A DNA stretch of 64,000 bases from a virus, in IMG/VR virus record IMGVR_UViG_3300025133_000024; one strand, given 5' to 3'. Both the position numbers and the translations under genes were made by a program. Shown here in pieces: positions 63,995-64,000 of the stretch (its first letter is position 1; every line of letters begins with the position of its first letter). The notes beneath the pieces are model-generated. The model worked only from the letters and a program-made list of their open reading frames with translations. It was not told the origin of the DNA and made no database searches.

Positions 63995-64000
63995 ATTTGA

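Noticed and set aside
1-64000. Alternative genetic code (stop recoding)
   Set aside because: Long core genes are intact in code 11, and TAA, TGA and TAG all terminate genes at coupled overlaps.

Overview
This window is a 64-kb segment of a large, AT-rich (roughly 30-33% GC by eye) tailed dsDNA phage with a contractile tail (jumbo/myovirus-like, T4-like head and tail proteins), read in genetic code 11. Every credible gene is on the minus strand. In transcription order (right to left) it carries scaffold, major capsid, a homing-endonuclease-like gene and neck proteins. These are interleaved with putative capsid-packaged enzymes (kinase-like, GNAT-like, LRV-repeat), then tail sheath, tube, a frameshifted tail chaperone, tape measure and baseplate. 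A replication and metabolism block follows: minimal PolA-like protein, tubulin-like protein, gp32-like SSB, three tRNAs, RecA, 5'-3' exonuclease, DnaB-like helicase, class II RNR with two inteins, ThyX, DnaE, dUTPase and IMPDH/GMPR. The left end holds ClpP-like, GroEL, PAS, holin-like, DpnI-like and patatin genes. The most notable signals are: (1) a stand-alone DpnI-type (methyl-GATC) nuclease domain in a sequence almost devoid of GATC; (2) about 35-40 dispersed paralogous mini-genes (KKGD...YGE) whose ends encode the next gene's RBS and show cassette-like turnover; (3) a family of putative head-packaged proteins with a shared IKxxIKEEI leader carrying kinase and acetyltransferase folds; (4) a small membrane peptide whose RBS is perfectly base-paired by its own coding sequence; (5) hairpins that appear to be both terminator and promoter. 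All protein assignments come from motif recognition by eye; no database search was run.
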